Positions 63,725 through 64,000 of a stretch of DNA of 64,000 nucleotides are shown piece by piece (the first letter of the stretch is position 1; each line of letters opens with the position of its first letter). Source of the stretch: Oculina patagonica (taxonomy: Eukaryota); the NCBI RefSeq assembly GCF_052425735.1, contig NC_135769.1:28892001-28956000 (forward strand), given 5' to 3'. Under the pieces are notes generated by a model, which had not been told where the DNA came from, did not search any database, and saw only the letters and a list, made by a program, of their open reading frames with translations. The position numbers and the translations under genes were made by a program.

Positions 63725-64000
63725 CTAAGAGAATGATAATAAGCTTATATTGCATTTGATATAAACTGAGTTCGTATTGATTGTCTCTATGCAAACGTTA
63801 TCAAGACTTTAGGATGGCCTTTCTTAAGATATAAATGACCATCCCATAAAGCAGATGTCATAATTCTACGAAATCTCTTGCTTTGGCTTTAGGCAAAACT
63901 TTACGAATACAAAATCGCAAGCTTTTCATCAAAGCATAACAGCCTTGTTCAGCCTCACTTCAGTTATTGTAAATCTATTTAGGTCACTTGTAACGCAGGT

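Overview
Eukaryotic, AT-rich, intron-rich genomic DNA, most likely an anthozoan cnidarian such as a coral (inferred from the gene family and repeat types, not proven). It has four assembly gaps. The window is a cluster of four paralogous lipoxygenase (LOX) genes that I reconstructed exon by exon from GT-AG boundaries and conserved exon lengths. LOX-A is on + (1826-16517, first exon upstream of the window). LOX-B (20969-34408), LOX-C (40134-54709) and LOX-D (58079 to beyond 63724) are on -. The architecture is unusual: a signal-peptide exon, no N-terminal PLAT/beta-barrel domain, and a cassette of symmetric phase-1 exons spliced into the catalytic domain that encodes one or two fibronectin type II (FN2) modules with acidic micro-exon linkers. 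All four have Gly at the Coffa site (predicting R-stereospecificity) and end in Thr/Ser instead of Ile. A and the visible part of D look intact. C carries three lesions and B has a defective acceptor plus a garbled assembly patch. Introns and intergenic DNA hold L2/CR1-type LINE fragments, tRNA-derived SINEs, several MITE families, Penelope-type inverted repeats with minimal hammerhead ribozyme cores, and a 4.3 kb near-perfect palindrome built from a (TA)n-flanked TIR element.
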